IMG/VR virus record: IMGVR_UViG_3300032301_000632
Coordinates: 14,136-78,135 of that record
Source of the DNA: a virus
Taxonomy: Duplodnaviria > Caudoviricetes
Length of the DNA stretch: 64,000 nucleotides
Reading direction: 5' to 3' (one strand)
Below the pieces are notes generated by a model, which worked only from the letters and a program-made list of their open reading frames with translations, made no database searches and had not been told where the DNA came from. The position numbers and the translations under genes were made by a program. Shown here piece by piece: positions 21,201 to 36,200 of the stretch (positions are counted from its first letter, which is position 1; the number at the start of each line of letters is the position of its first letter).

Positions 21201-24200
21201 CATTCAGAGCCATTAATGTTACAGCTGCATTTGCAGTAGTTTTTACTAAACCTGAAAGAACTGGCATTTTCTCTCTAAGATATTTTTTACTTTCTTCTGA
21301 TACAGGTAACATATCAATTACATTAGGGAGATTATTAATAACATAGTATGCCCCTAATAATGCCATAGAGGTTAATCCTATTGCGGTAGCTCTTTTATGT
21401 TTGCTTATAAAATTAAGAGTAGGATTAACAATTCCTTTCTCTACAGTCTTAATAACTTTTGGACCAAGTTGTGCTATTCTCTCCCCTGCATATATAGCAT
21501 ACCCAGCAGCAAGTTCAGCAGCTTGTGCAACAACAGTAGCTGCTGTCATTGTTAAATCAATAGTTTTAAGTGGGGCATATAATAAACTAGTAACATAAGT
21601 TGCACCTAAAGCTTCAGTTGTATACATAACTTTCTCTTTAGTAGTTTCAGCATCTTTTAGTTTAATTAAACTATCAACAGCTAGAGCTGCGGTTAACGTT
21701 CCCGCTCCATATCTTATGGCTCTACTATGTTGTTTAATTTTCTGTGCAATAGGACTTAAAATATGTTTAACAATTTTTCCAAAAACATATGCTGCTCCTT
21801 GACCTATTACTCTACCTGAAGCACCTACTATATCTTGTGATACCTTAGCAGCAACTTTATAATCTCTGTGCATTTTTAGATAGTATGACACAGGAGGCTG
21901 TAAGTTAGTAGGCGCATACCCATCTTGTATACGTTTTAAATCTTTCTGAGCTATCTTGTTAGCTAACCCAAAATAGTATGTTCCTATCTCAGTAGGTAGT
22001 AGCCCCCATAGGTCAGTTTTTGTACCCGCAAATGTAGCCGATATACCTCCCACTAAAGACAAAGGTAAGTTTCCTGTTAAGAAAGTAATAGTAGAACCTA
22101 GAGTTGTTCCTGCAAATGAACCTAATTCAGTTGCCCTAGCAGCAGTCATTGTTCTTAAATATTCTTCAGAATCAAAAGTCCCTGAGTCATAATGAGTTAT
22201 ATATTTTTTTATTTCAGTATTTAAAGCAGCTGTTGAATAAATAGCTAACCCAACATCAAAAATACTAAACGTAGTATCCAAATGAACAGGTAGTTTAGCA
22301 AAGTCATACCCTGTTACTGTGTTGACTGCTGTTGCAGCTTTATGTAGAACATTTCTAACAGGGTGACCTACAGCTACATCTAGTTTATGTAAGACTTTGT
22401 GAAAAGCAAATCTTGCTACTTCTTTTGCCACAGGTAGAGCATGTTTACCTACTGCTTCAAAAACCTCTCCTAAAGACTCAACTCTTAAAGTCTTTACTAC
22501 TTGATTTAGATTTAAAGTTAAGCCTTGACTATAGAGCTTGTATACTAATTTCTGTTGAGCAACTAGTAAATCTTTTTTACTCTGTGTTGACCTAACTAAA
22601 GTATTTACTACATCCTGTACATCGTCTATTGTCTGTCCAGGCTTTAAAGTACTTAAGATTTTATTATACTCACGGCTAAACTCTACATCAGCCATGAACA
22701 TATTATTACTAATCATCTTGCGATAGTAGTCAAATCTAGTTTTATCTAGTTTTACGTCTATACCTTTATTTAAAAATGATAGTCTTTTATTTATCCCAGT
22801 TATTTTATTATCTATAAACTTAGATGTCTTTGATATTTCTTGGTCTACACTATCTAAAGTTACCTGTTTTTGAGTGAATCCTAATTCTCTAGACAGTTTT
22901 GCACTAGCATCTAAATCATGCTCTTGTACAGCATTTTTTAAAGTTTCTAATTTTGCTAATTTTATTTGTGCTTTTTCAACTGATTTGTATCTTAACTCTT
23001 TTATTTTTCTCTGTACTAATGAATCTTGTATTCTACTATTTTTTCCTAGTAGGTATCGCTGTCTAGTGATTACTTGTTGAGGTTTTTCTAGGTAAAATGA
23101 TATATCAAACGGAGTATGGCTATCTATACCACTAGCAGGCCCGTGAATACCAAAATTATGTTTCGTATCAGTAATTGTGTTTAAAGTTTTTTTAATAGCA
23201 GACACATCTAAGTCATCAATATTGTCACTTATGTGCAATAATTGGGACATTTCTTTGTTAGCTCTAACTATTTCTCCATATCTTGATTTTATACCTCTTG
23301 CTGTTTTAATATCTCCACTAGCAATAAACTCATCATATTTAGACCTAAAATCTAATACCAGATGTGGTAAACTTTTCTTAGTTGTTTGGTCTATTTTAAA
23401 GTTGGGGTCAACAAATGTATCTATAGGAGCTAGTTTACTTGTATACGCAGCTGTAATTAGTTTTCTATCAGAGCTATTCAATGAGTTTCTAAGTACATAC
23501 TCTCGGCTATATACATCTTTGCCTATAGTTCGAGTATTTAATTTAGAGAGTTTATTAACTTTTTTTATTTCACTTTTAGTTATACCTAAAAATGTTTCGT
23601 CATCTAATTTATAGTTATTATTCCACTCAGCAGCTCCATTTCTAATCCTGATTAGATCATAATCAGAAACTACTGCACCACTCTTGTTATACGTCTTTCC
23701 AGTTACAGAGTCCTGAGTATACTCTACTAAGTCAGGCTGTTTAGCAGCTGTTTTAGAATCTATATTAAATCCATCATGCGTATAAAATCTAAGCTTTTTA
23801 ACTGTAGCTTTTTCATTTCCTAAAACTTTTTCACTAAGAATCTGCTCATTGGGGTCAAATAAACCTAACATAATAGCTATATTATGCTTATCAGCAGATT
23901 CAAAACTTCTAACTAACTTTAGCTCGTTTGCACTCCTTACTGAGTCCACAGCAACTGTTGGTGAGGCAGTAACACTATTTAATAAAGTATGTACAACAAA
24001 CCTTTCTTTGACTTGTGTATGAAAATCAACTAAAGTAATATCCCCTTTATAGTTTTGTAGCGTATGCTTTAATCGCACCTGCATTTCATAAAAGTTTTCG
24101 AGTATTCCAGTAGCAGATTTTTTCTTATCAATTTCAGTAACGCCGTTGTTAAACATCATTGGATTAGGTTCACTTCTAATTACTAAAACTTCATCTAATG

Positions 24201-27200
24201 TATCTAAAAACTCTACGTTTGATTTATTGCTACTAATTGTAAATACGCCATACTTTACTGTATTTGCTGCGCCTTCTTTGTTTATACCATAATCTATATT
24301 TACAAAGTCTGGAGTTACACCAGTAGGTGTTTTATAATCATAGGGCATTTTTCCTACTCTAGATTCTGTCGTGTAATCACTTATGCCAGTATTAATTGTT
24401 ACTCCATATGGGTCTGTAAACCAGTTATTTGTGCCTGGAGCTAGGTTACTAAAAGGATTATAATAATTTATTTTAAATAAAAACCCTTTTCTAGTGGGTA
24501 TTTCAGTAACACTTTTATAACCTGCAAAGCTATCTACAACATCTTTAGGTAAATTCCAAACAAACTTTTTGTACACAGGTGCTGGTAAATCAGCAGTATT
24601 CCTATACACATCAACAATTGAAGAAACATTTTTAGGTAAATCTCTAACTCCCTTAGCAATAGATTTTACAGCACTGCTTACTTCTCTAGAGAAATCTGTA
24701 GACACTTTACCGTAAAAAGAAGTCCGTAATTTTATATTGTGTAATAGCTCATCTTTATTTTTAATAATAGAAAATATAGAATCAGTATTAGAAGTATACA
24801 GTACATTTCTAATATTGACACCGTGTGCTGTAGCTGCTGTTGACTGTTTAACTAAATCATCATATTTAGAAGCTTGCTGGTTTATAAAGTCAGAATCAAT
24901 AGCTGCACCACCCATTTGCTGTGCTCTAATGTTTGCACTTAATTCTTCTTGGTATACAAGTGCTAACTCTTCTACACTAGGTGCAGCACCATTAATTTTA
25001 GAAATATTCTCAGCATATGATACAGTGCTCGCTTGAGCTTGCTTCATTAATAGTTCTCTATTCTCAGTTATATCTGTTATAGGAAGTCTTTCTAAATCTC
25101 CACTAACTTGATAATGGTGTGAGTATTCATGATAAAAAGCAAACTTGGCTTGTTTAGCTTCAGGAGTATTCTCTAAAGATAAAGCAAGATAGTCTTCTTT
25201 AGACATTACAATTGTTTTAGTTTGCACATTATAATGTGTCGATACTCCAACTTCTCCCATGACTATTTTAGGCTTCTGTGCTCCTTTAGGAACGTTCATC
25301 TGCTTGTCATAAGAATCCATTAAAGTATCAATTGTTACTTTCTGTGTTTTCATCTGTAGACGTTCTTGTCTAGCAGCTAACATCTCAGCTTCTTTCTGTA
25401 TACCTTTAGCTTTACCTTTCTCCCATGCTTTCCTTAAACCTTGTAGTCTAGGTTTCATACTCTCAGGAATATGAGGACTAATCTTTTCTCCTAAATAACT
25501 TAAAGCTTTAGTACCAAAATGCTTAATAGCTAATCCAGCACCTATACCCAACCCAACATCGATTACTAAAGGTATATAGAAATCCTGAATAATCATCATA
25601 GTGGTCATTCTGCCACCATGTTTTTCTAAATATTCTTTACGCTTTTTAGCTTTCTTTTTAGCGCTCTCTGCTCTAACAGTTGCTCCAAATATACTAGAGA
25701 CAAAACCTCCTAAATTACCCATACCTATCAAACCCATTAGGTAACCACCTAATGAACCTCTAGCAGCTCCAGCTCTACTATAAGCAGCTTCAAATTCAGC
25801 TAAAGAAGAATGCTCATTTAATTGTTTAGCATCCTTAACAGAACCTTGAAATTGCATTATGTCTAGAATTGGAGAGATAAAGTTTATAGCAACATTTTTC
25901 CAACCTTGTTTGATTACCACCTTTCCAAACTTATCTAGAACTTTAGGTAGTGGTCCATTACTAATCTGGGTAGATATCTTCTCTAACGTTTCTGAGAATA
26001 ACTTTTTACTAGCAGTTTTAATAGAGGCTTTTAATCTACCAATTTGATTAGCAATTACCCCTGTTTTAATACCTACTTTCTCTAATAGCTTAGACGTATT
26101 ACTAGTAACCAAACCTATTATACGCCCTGTTTGTCTAACTGCTTTATCTGCTGTCTCTCCTAAAACTCTCTTAGCAACTTCTAAATTTTGTTTTAGATAG
26201 TTTATCCCTGAACCTACCATAGATTTTAAAGCTTGCAACTGTTGTACAACCCAAGCTAAAGGACTGTTACTATTAGGGGCTAATGCTAATAATTCTGTTA
26301 TCTTACTCTTGGCAGCATTGTATACACTAGTTATTGCTTCTGGTAATTTGCTCATTGAAGATTTTACTGTAGCAATGGGCTCTTTAATGAACGCTTTTGC
26401 ACCAGCTACAGTTGCTGTAACTACTTCATCTGCTATTGCTTTAGCTTTTATGTATACCTCTCTAGTAGTTATATAGTTAAAAACTTCTATGACTTTATTC
26501 TTTACTGGCTCAATAAAAGGTCTAACATGCGGTCTAATAAGAGAGATTACATCATCAGCAAAAATCTTTACATCATTAAAAACATTACCTACTTTAGTGG
26601 CTGCTTCTATTACTTTTCCTTTTACAGCAGTGTATCCTCTAGAGACTAATGTTCTAATAGATGGTAACCCAAAGTTATAACTAGCAGCGCTATAAGTACG
26701 ATAAGCACCATCTGCTACTGTAGAGATTATTGCACTTTTATTAGCTAATCTAACTAAATTATTTTGATTTCTAATTTTATATTCTTCAAAACTTCCATAT
26801 CTACTCTGTAACTCAGCAGATAAATTATCCCACTCTCGCTTTAACTTATAATTATCATACATTACCATCAAGGATGTTACACCTAACACTCCTAGAGATG
26901 CCTTAGTAAAATTTGTATGGGTAAAAGCAAAAGCTTTACTAGATAGAACTTTACGTAACCCTTTCTTCAAAGTAATTCTCAAAGGCTGTAAAAGCTTCTT
27001 AGTTACTTCTGTAGATATACTAGATGCTCTAGTATAATTTCCATAAGTACGCAAATACGCACTAGATGTTAAAACTAATGGGTCAACATATTCACCTTGA
27101 GATAATTTCTCTTGGTCTTTCTTAGCCATATGTCCAGCTAAACCAAATACGTCAGGAGATAGTATAGCCAAACCTAATCCAAAGGTCATACCTACTATTG

Positions 27201-30200
27201 CTCGTGTAGCCCCTGCTCCTGATAACATTGATGCTGCAAAACTAATAAATGTTGAGCTGGCTTCGATTAATTCATGCGCTCTAGCTTTTTTAAATGTCTG
27301 TTCTACATCTTCTGGATTAGCATAATAAGTTGCATAGGCTTTAGATAAATTATGGAATGTTTGATGTGTACTAGCTCCTCTGTATACATCTAATCCCATT
27401 GTTAGGATTTCTAACTGTCCAAATATTTCTTGAAAGCCTCGTCCTATTCTTGAAGCTACATGTTTAGCTTTAGGTAAAACAACGTTTCTTAAACTAAACA
27501 TTTTATCTTTAGCTACAGCTTTTGCATAGGCTGGGATATTCTCAAAGTTATTTATAATATCTCCTACAGTGTGAGTCATAGATGGTCTAACTTTAGTTGT
27601 GGGTATAAACTCATCTACATCATTGAAGGCTTCCATAAACCTTCTAGGCATAGACTTTAACTGTTTACCCATGTCTTTAATATCATCTAAGACTAGCTGA
27701 GCTCTAGGACTCATAGATTTGTATACACGATGACTAGCCATATCAACTTCTTCTCTAGCCCACGATTTTAAAGTAGGTTCAGATGAAGTTACTTTTGGTG
27801 CTTCTTCTGTAGGAGCTTCAGTACCTGTATGCAATCTACCGTGTAAAGCTTGGTTCTCAATAGCTTTAGCTGTTTTCAATCTTTGAGACATCTCTCGTCT
27901 CAATTTAGACGCATTATCTGCTACGTTACTTCTATTATTTTTAACTAAATTATCTATATAATCAGTATCGCCAGTTTTAATAGCTTGCCCAACTTCCTGG
28001 TGAACAGCTAATGTCTCTTCTAAAGAGATTAATCTTATCTCAGCTTGAGTTAACTGTGTTGTAGAACTATTTATTCTACTCATGGTACGGTCTAAAGCTA
28101 AGTTGTTTATACTTCTTTGTAAGACTAAACGTCTAGATTGAATGTTAGTTAATTCTCTACCACCAAATTTTCCATGATAGCTACTTTGATATCTAGAGGT
28201 TATTCTAGAGACAGGCATTGTATCGCTTTGTGCCCATCTATAACCTGCATCAGGGGTATCCGCTTTTATAGTTGTACGTAGTAAATCATCTACATCATCA
28301 GCTGAACTTGTTCCAAAGCCCTTGCCCATACCGTAATTGGGAGATAGTTTACTAGACCCTAAATTAACTTTAGAAGTTTTAAACTCAGCTCTACCAGTTT
28401 CTAATTTAGCGATCGCTGCTCTAGTTTGTTTATTTATTGAGGGGGCTGCTTTTAGTTTTTCGTTATACTCGTTTGTTAATTCTATATATTGTTCTGCTCC
28501 ATCATCAAAATTAGCAAATCTATTGTGACTAAAAGTTTCATGAAAAGCTTGAGATGCTTTAGTATTAGCATCCAGCTCAGTACGATAAACAGTCTTTACG
28601 TATTCTTGTGTAATAGTCTCTCCAGCATCTTTTAGTTCTTTAATATGTTTTAAAGTACTCTCTAATGATATTCTCTCAATATATTTTACAAATTTAATTC
28701 TATCTGCTTTTCCAATCCCTGTACTTAAAGTACTTAGTAGCTTTTTCTGTATTCCTTTGGTCATTAAAGTATCCTGACTAGTTACTGTTAAATGGTGACT
28801 ATACTCATGAAATACTTTAAATGCTGAAGAGTTGTATACACTCTCACTTAGTTCTTTAGATGAGCCCGCTACTACCATTCCTCTATTTCTATTAGCTAAT
28901 GATTTAGTAGCTTTATGACTTAATTCAATTTGTTGTTCATCTATTAAATAAGCAGTAGACTTTCTGCTTAATCCAACTGTAGGCCTATTAGGATTATTTA
29001 ATGGGTTATCTGGATTAAGTTTATTATGAGCTTTATCGTATAAATCAAACAGGGAAGACAACTCACGTTTAGCAGCAGGTTTATAGCCAAACCATTTAGT
29101 TGCTAATTTTTTATCAGTTTCAGATAATCCTATTTCAAAGTTATCTCCAAATCTAGTTCTACTCTCAAGACTAGAGAAATGAGCAAATGCTTTAGAGGCT
29201 GCTAATGCACCTACTGCTACTACTGCACTTCCCCAATAATTAGGTTTAACAGGTTTTAGTCTATTAACTGCACTACCAACTACAGCTTGATTATATAAGC
29301 CTTGTCTACGTTTTAATTCATTAGCTAATAAATTAGATATACGGTAATTAGAAGGACCAAAGCTATCTGATATTCTTCCCCCTACTGAGTTAGATGAGAA
29401 GTATCTTTCATATAAAGCTTGTTCTCTATCTCCTGATACTTGTCCTAATAATAGAGGGTCAACTACTCCTTGAAGATTAGGCGCAGCCATAGCCATTTTG
29501 ATATTATCTAGTATATATCTAGCATCATCTTTTTTCTTGTATAGTTCCGCTGAATAAGCTGTAAACATTGGTAAAAACATAGAAGCTACCATTGATTTAC
29601 CGAACCATTCATTTTGCATACCATCCCACATCTCTGCTATAACTGGACCGATATACTGGGAACTAATATAGTTTATAGGTTTAGCTAGTAAATTTAATGT
29701 TTCTCCAATAGGGGTAGTAACAATTTTAGCTAAAAGAGATACAGGTTTTTGCAGTATATTTCCCTCTAAAGACTTAGATAAACTTCCACTAGGGTCAATC
29801 ATAAAGTCTGTTAATTTACCTAACGCTACCTCTTCTTCTTGATACGCATTAGGGTTTTTAGAGTATCTTAATATCTGTGCACCTGCTACTAAACCAAACC
29901 CTAATACTAAAGCAATAGGACCAGATAAACCAGCCATAGCTATTAAAGTAGATGAGCCTACAGATAAGCCTAAACTGATAATAGATCTCATCGCAGCTAC
30001 ACCGCCCGCTCGTCTCATATACGGGTCTTGATTTTTATCTACCATTAAAGCTGCACCTTCTAAAACTTCATAAGAAGGTACTATAGAAGACATCCACACC
30101 CTACTAGCTTCTGCTAAGCCCATTCCTGCATCTAAAGTAGAATTAATAAAACCTGTTGACCATTGCTTATTACTACTAGACGTTACTCTAGGTTCAGACA

Positions 30201-33200
30201 CATTTACAGTTTGTTGAGCTCTCTGAAATGTGTTAGCTCTTCTTGTATACAATGTACTGTTACTTCTCGATAAATCGTATCCTGTACCTGCTATTGGGTC
30301 TTCTACATATTGAACTAGTTTAGATACTGCTTTAGTTTTACCTATAATATTCTGTAATCTAGCATTTCTCTTTTGTATAGATTCACTAACAAAGTTAGTG
30401 TCAAACTCGTCTACCTCAGAGGCTAATAGTTTAGCAAACCCACCTTCTCCATCAAATAGATCATCTAAAAACCCTTCTATTGATTCAGCAGGTCTTGAGT
30501 ATAATACTTCAAATAATGAAATCTGAGACCCTTTGACTGCCGGGCGCATTAATGCTTTCTTTAGACTTTCTCTAGCTCTTGCTGAGCTATTAACTAAATT
30601 CTCTAATGCTTGTGGTCTACCTATACTAGGGTCAACTGATTGTTTGACAAATATATCAATATTCTTAACTGTCTCTTTATTAATAATATAGTTAGTAGTA
30701 TCTATTAAACCACCATGTCTATGTTTTAGATTAGCTAATAAATTATTAGTACTTGTACCTTCAGGACTAGCTTGCTGTAAATCGGCAAAGCTTCCTAAAA
30801 TAGAACCAGTATTACCGGGACGTTTTTTATTTAACAAAACAATCCGCTCATCACCATCTACCATTGTTGTACTAAATGAATAGTTCTTTTTATTTAGTGC
30901 ATATTTAGTTTGATTTAAAGTAGCTTGCTCTATCAACTCTAACTCAGATTTCTCTTTAGCTAGATTATTAATTGCGGATAGAGTAGTAATACCAGCTAAA
31001 GCATAAGTCCCGTATATAGCAGCAGTCAATAAAGGAGATAACCAAGAAAATCCACTACGGTCACCCAAAGTAGTAATTAACTCATGACCTGTAATAATTT
31101 CTTTTATAGCACGGGCATTAAATGCACTTTCATTTAGAAATGTTTCTAAATCACTAGCTCCTGCTCCTGAGATTTGATGTTGTCCAGAAGCTAGTTCAAT
31201 CTTAATTTTTGCTTCAGATGGATTTGATATAGGGACCATCCACTTAGCTTTTCCTATAGATTGTAGTGGATTATATGAACGTTTAAACTTCTCACCAGGT
31301 ATAGTTGAATCTCTTAAATCACCAGACAAAATAAGACTCATTGTTATATCCCGATACAACTCATCAGACCTTTGCCAGGTCATCCAACTCATTCTATTTT
31401 GTCTTAAACTTAATTCTCTACTTACTAATGAGCTAGCTTGAGATGCTTCAGAGGCAGATATACTAGTATCTACCACCATTGGTGTAGCTCTAGCAGTGCG
31501 TGACCTAATCCATAATTCCAATCTAGGGTCATATCTATGATCAGAGGCTATTTTAGCATGTTCAGAAAAGTCATGTCGCTCTCTAGCCATAAAGTAACTA
31601 CTAGTTGATAAGTCAGAGAACTCAGATGCTAATTGAGCATATCTAGCTGTATGGTCAGGTTTAAAGCTAGTACCAAATGGACCTAATGGGTCAGCAAAGA
31701 ATGGATCAGACCTATCAGAGTAGGCATTCATATCTAAGATATTAAATGTTAATTTTTTAAAGATATTACCGAAAAACTTCTTAGCTCTACCATGTTTTTC
31801 TCTAGGTTCTAATCCCCACTGTCTTTCTATAGTATTTTCTCCACCACCTAGAACTTTTAGAGTGGGTCCAATAATAGGTAGACTCTCAAATGCCCTAGAA
31901 ACATTCTCTGGCAAGAGATTAGTAATAGCACTTGCAACTACAGTTGTTAGAACATAAGCTGTAGCTGCTGCTTTTACTCTACCTCTCATAGAAACAAATT
32001 CTAGGTTAGCTGGTCTTCTAATAGTTGGGTGACTAATAATAGCGTCCTCAACTATTTTAGGTGCAGCTATTTCTTTAGCCATATTTGTATACAGAGGATT
32101 TATTGTTCTTTTAACAGGTGTCGCCCCTTCTTTTATTCTGTATACATCTTCACTAATTAGCTGTTGTATATTCTTCTCTGCTACTGTAGTGTCTAATGTT
32201 TTTAATCCATTATCTTTTACTAAATCATAAGCAAATGCTCTTCTAGTAAATTTTACTTTATCAACAGCTGGTATATCCCTAGCTATATGTCTCTGCTCAT
32301 TATATAAAATTTGTTGTAATTCATACTTAGATGCAAATGCACCTGAGCTATCCAATGCATAACCTAAACCTAAACCAATCCCTAATGTAGCTTGAAACTG
32401 TTCAACACCTGTAGTTAACTCATGGTCATTATATCCTGAACCAGGTTCAGATATCATTCTACCAAAGGCTAATGCTAAATAATATGGTGCTGCTTTTCTA
32501 GTAGCTCTAGTTATTTTAGTTAACTGTTGTGGTTTTAAATCTTTAGCTGCATAACCTGCATACGCTAATCCAACTGCTGAACTTACTTTTAATCCTAATT
32601 TTGCTACATCAACTGCTTTATTGTATACATCATTATCTGTATCTGAAGGTATTAAATCAATAGACGAACTTATAGCAGAATATAGTGCTGCCGCTACTGG
32701 TAGAGCGATCGCTTTATTTCCGAATGTAGCTCTTAATGCTTTAGCAGAACCATAAGCATAGTGTGCTGGTACTGTCATTAAGTTAGCTACGGTATCTTTT
32801 AAGATATACTTAGTTGCTTTAAATGGTATACTATTTACTACTCTAGCAATACCACTGCTTTCTCTACTAATTATTTTTTTAGCAATATCTAATTTTAAAA
32901 GAGGCTTAGTAGCAAAACCTAATAATGCTACCATACCTATATCATTTAAACCACTCTCAAAAGACGAGTCTTGCTCATAAGCTAAACTACTCCCCCCTGT
33001 AAATAAACTACTCGACACATTAGCTAAAACCTGAAATGTATCTCGTGCAGATAATTGGTCGGCAATATATTTATTTTGTTCAGTCTTTTCTTCATGTGTA
33101 GGTTTACGGTCAGTTAATCTAACAGAGAAAGGTAACGTTGGGCTCATACCTAAACCTAGTACAGGAGATAACTGAAATGCAATACCAAAGGTTATTTTTC

Positions 33201-36200
33201 TAGTATTAGTATTTTCTGTATGCTCAACTCTAGCTAGAGCAGCTATTTGGAAGAATGGTAAAGTGGCTTGAGTAGCTACATTATAAATGCGATCGCCTAT
33301 CTTCTGAGTACGTAGTGAATTCTCAGCCATTAACTTAGCCATAGTTAAATGGGCTATATCTCCTTTTGTTCTAGCATAAGGTAGATTCTCCGAAACATTT
33401 CTTTCTAAAATAGAGGACAATAAAGCACCTGTCTCTTCATACTCTATATCTTCTCTAGGGTCATTCCCATAAAATTTATTTAGCATAGAAGCAAACATCT
33501 TTGCCCCTTGCTTTGCTGCTAATACTCCTAACAACCCTACCCCAATAGCTAGGTTAGTATTAAATTTAAGCTTCTGATGTACAGGTTGAGTATACCTAGA
33601 TAGATTCTTATTGTACTCTTTTAGATTAGTTAACACTCTACTATCTGCCTCAAAAGCATCAACAGAGCTAACTTTATTTTCTAAAAACTCATATCTAATT
33701 TTATGTACATCTAGTGGGTCTAAAGATACTCTAGGTTTTTCTAAAGTACCTATATCTTCTATTCTAGGAAATAATACCCCTGCACTTACCCCAGCTACTA
33801 AACCAGTTCCTAAAGCTAAAACTGTTCCTGGCTCACCTTGAAATTTAAATTTAGCAATTGGGTCACCACTAGTGTCATCCATCTCCATGCGTGCTCGTAA
33901 TTGAGTGAAGATATCTACACCACTTTGCAGTGTAGTCCAACCTAGTGCAGCATCAACCATTAAAGCTAAGCCAACACCTTTAGCTATAGTCTTTGTTCTA
34001 GCTATCTGTTTGTATATATCAGAATTTGGATTTTTGATTAGATGTGGAGCTTTTAATATAGCATTTGATGCTTTTGTATTTTTATCAAATGGAGAAACTT
34101 TTTCTGTATGTGTAGAATAGCCTCTACTAGATGCATAATCTCTAAAAGTGTTCTGTAGATTATCATTAGCTCTTATAAACTCTGCAAATTCAGTAGAGTC
34201 TACTATAGATTTTAATGACTTATCAGCATCAATAATTCTTCTAGACTCATTGTCTAATGCACTGATATAACCAGCTTCTGTTTGAGCATAGGGAGGGAAA
34301 GACATCTTATCTGCAAATGCTCCCCAGTTAGATTCTCCCACTTTAGCTTTTAATGTGTTATACGCTCGTTGGTAATCAGCATCGGCCTGCCAAGTTTTTC
34401 TAACTTGTTTTAAACTATCTTTTATTTGAGAAGGTATACTCTTAACTGTATCTATAAATTGTCCAACTCTACTTTTAGCCGAGCTTTTCCATTTAGGTAC
34501 AAAAGTAGAGTATATAGAGTTTACAGTATCACTAACCCAGTTTACTGATTCTTCTAATGAGAATACATCCCCCCAGACGATATTCTTTCTTGGGTCAAAG
34601 TCAGGTAATTTTAAAGCTTCTTTAAATCCTGGCATCCAGTACGCCATATTTAAAGGTAATAATAGACCTACTCTATCTAAAGTCTTTGCAATAGAAGCTA
34701 CCCTTTGATATCCTACCGCTCCAAATTGAACTTTATTTAAACTTAGTCCGCCAGCTGAATTTTTAAACTGTAGATAAGGCATCTCTTTAACTGTTAAAGA
34801 AATCTCATCAATTGAGGCTTTGTATACAGAACTCAAATATTTATCATTTGTATACGGATTTATTGATTCCAGTAAAGGCTTTAATACTGTGTCAAACCTA
34901 CTCTCATCAAAAGTTCGTATATGTTTCTGAATAGAGAATAAACTTAGTTCATCACCTAATTCTATTTTTCCACTACTCCCCGCTGCTACAACTTTATCTT
35001 TAGCTCCAGTAACTTCAAATGACTGTCTTAAACCTAATAAATCATTTATTATAGCTTCTGAATAATTATTTGCTTTTGAAAGAAATTTAATCTCATCTGG
35101 GGTTTTATTCATCATAGCTGTAAAGTTAGATATATTAGCAGCTACTGCCCCAGGAGTATCTGCATATTTTGTTGCTACATTTATTAATCTTCCATAAGTA
35201 GAACCAAATACAAAGTTTCTTGTACTGTCTATAATTCGACTGTATCCAGATCTACCATTATTATGTTCTAACAATTTAGATAATGCTTCAGTTTCTAACT
35301 TTCCTTTAAAGTGTTGGAAAGGTAATGAAATACCAATATATGTACCAATAGCTAAAGATATACTAGATGTACTATCGTAAACTGTACTTAGTAGACTCTC
35401 AAAAAACCCCTCATCTATTTTTTTAGGTTCGTTCTCAACTATATTAAATAACTTTTTAATTGAGCCAATACCACCTCTAGACTGTTCGGCTTTAAATTCT
35501 TTATACTCATAATGCCCAAAAACAGTATCTATAATTCTACCTGTAGTCTTTAATGCACTACCAATAACATTATAATCATCGTGATATACTTCAGCGTTAA
35601 ATAGACGATTTATACGCTGACCTAAATTAGGTTTAGATATTTCCCTATCTAATTTTTTTATAGCTTCAGGAGTTTTTGCTTTATCCGTTCTAGCTAGATA
35701 TAGATTACTAAAAGTACTAACTAAAGGAGTTTGTTCATTATATGCGTATTGCTGAAAGAACTCATCTGGCATAGATAGTGGATAATACCCCATAGTATCA
35801 GTCTGTATAGATGGGTCTACACTATCACGTATAGGCACTCGATATAATTCTAATGTACCTTTACGATTCATAATCATTTCTGTATGAGATACTTTCCTGG
35901 CGTTCTTATTTTTATTCTTAACTTCGTTAAAACCATAATCTGAAATTAAAGAGTCAGTTTGAGCAACTACCTGGTCAGCTTCTGCTCCATCTAGTCTCAA
36001 CATTAATTCTTGAACTCTGTTAGTAAAAGATTCTCTAGTAAAGTTATTAGCCCCAACTAAAGCTATACTTTTACTACCTGTAATTGAAAATCCTTTAGCA
36101 TGTAAAAAGGTAGGGTCATCTTCATCTTGAGATACAACTTTAACACCTGAAGCTTGCAATCTATCCATATCAGATGTGTTACGATTAGTTTTATCTACTA

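Noticed and set aside
23640-23700. SDYDL as an edema-factor/ExoY-type adenylate cyclase motif
   Set aside because: The required upstream GxxxxGKS-type motif is not present at a suitable distance. It is kept only as part of an unassigned domain.
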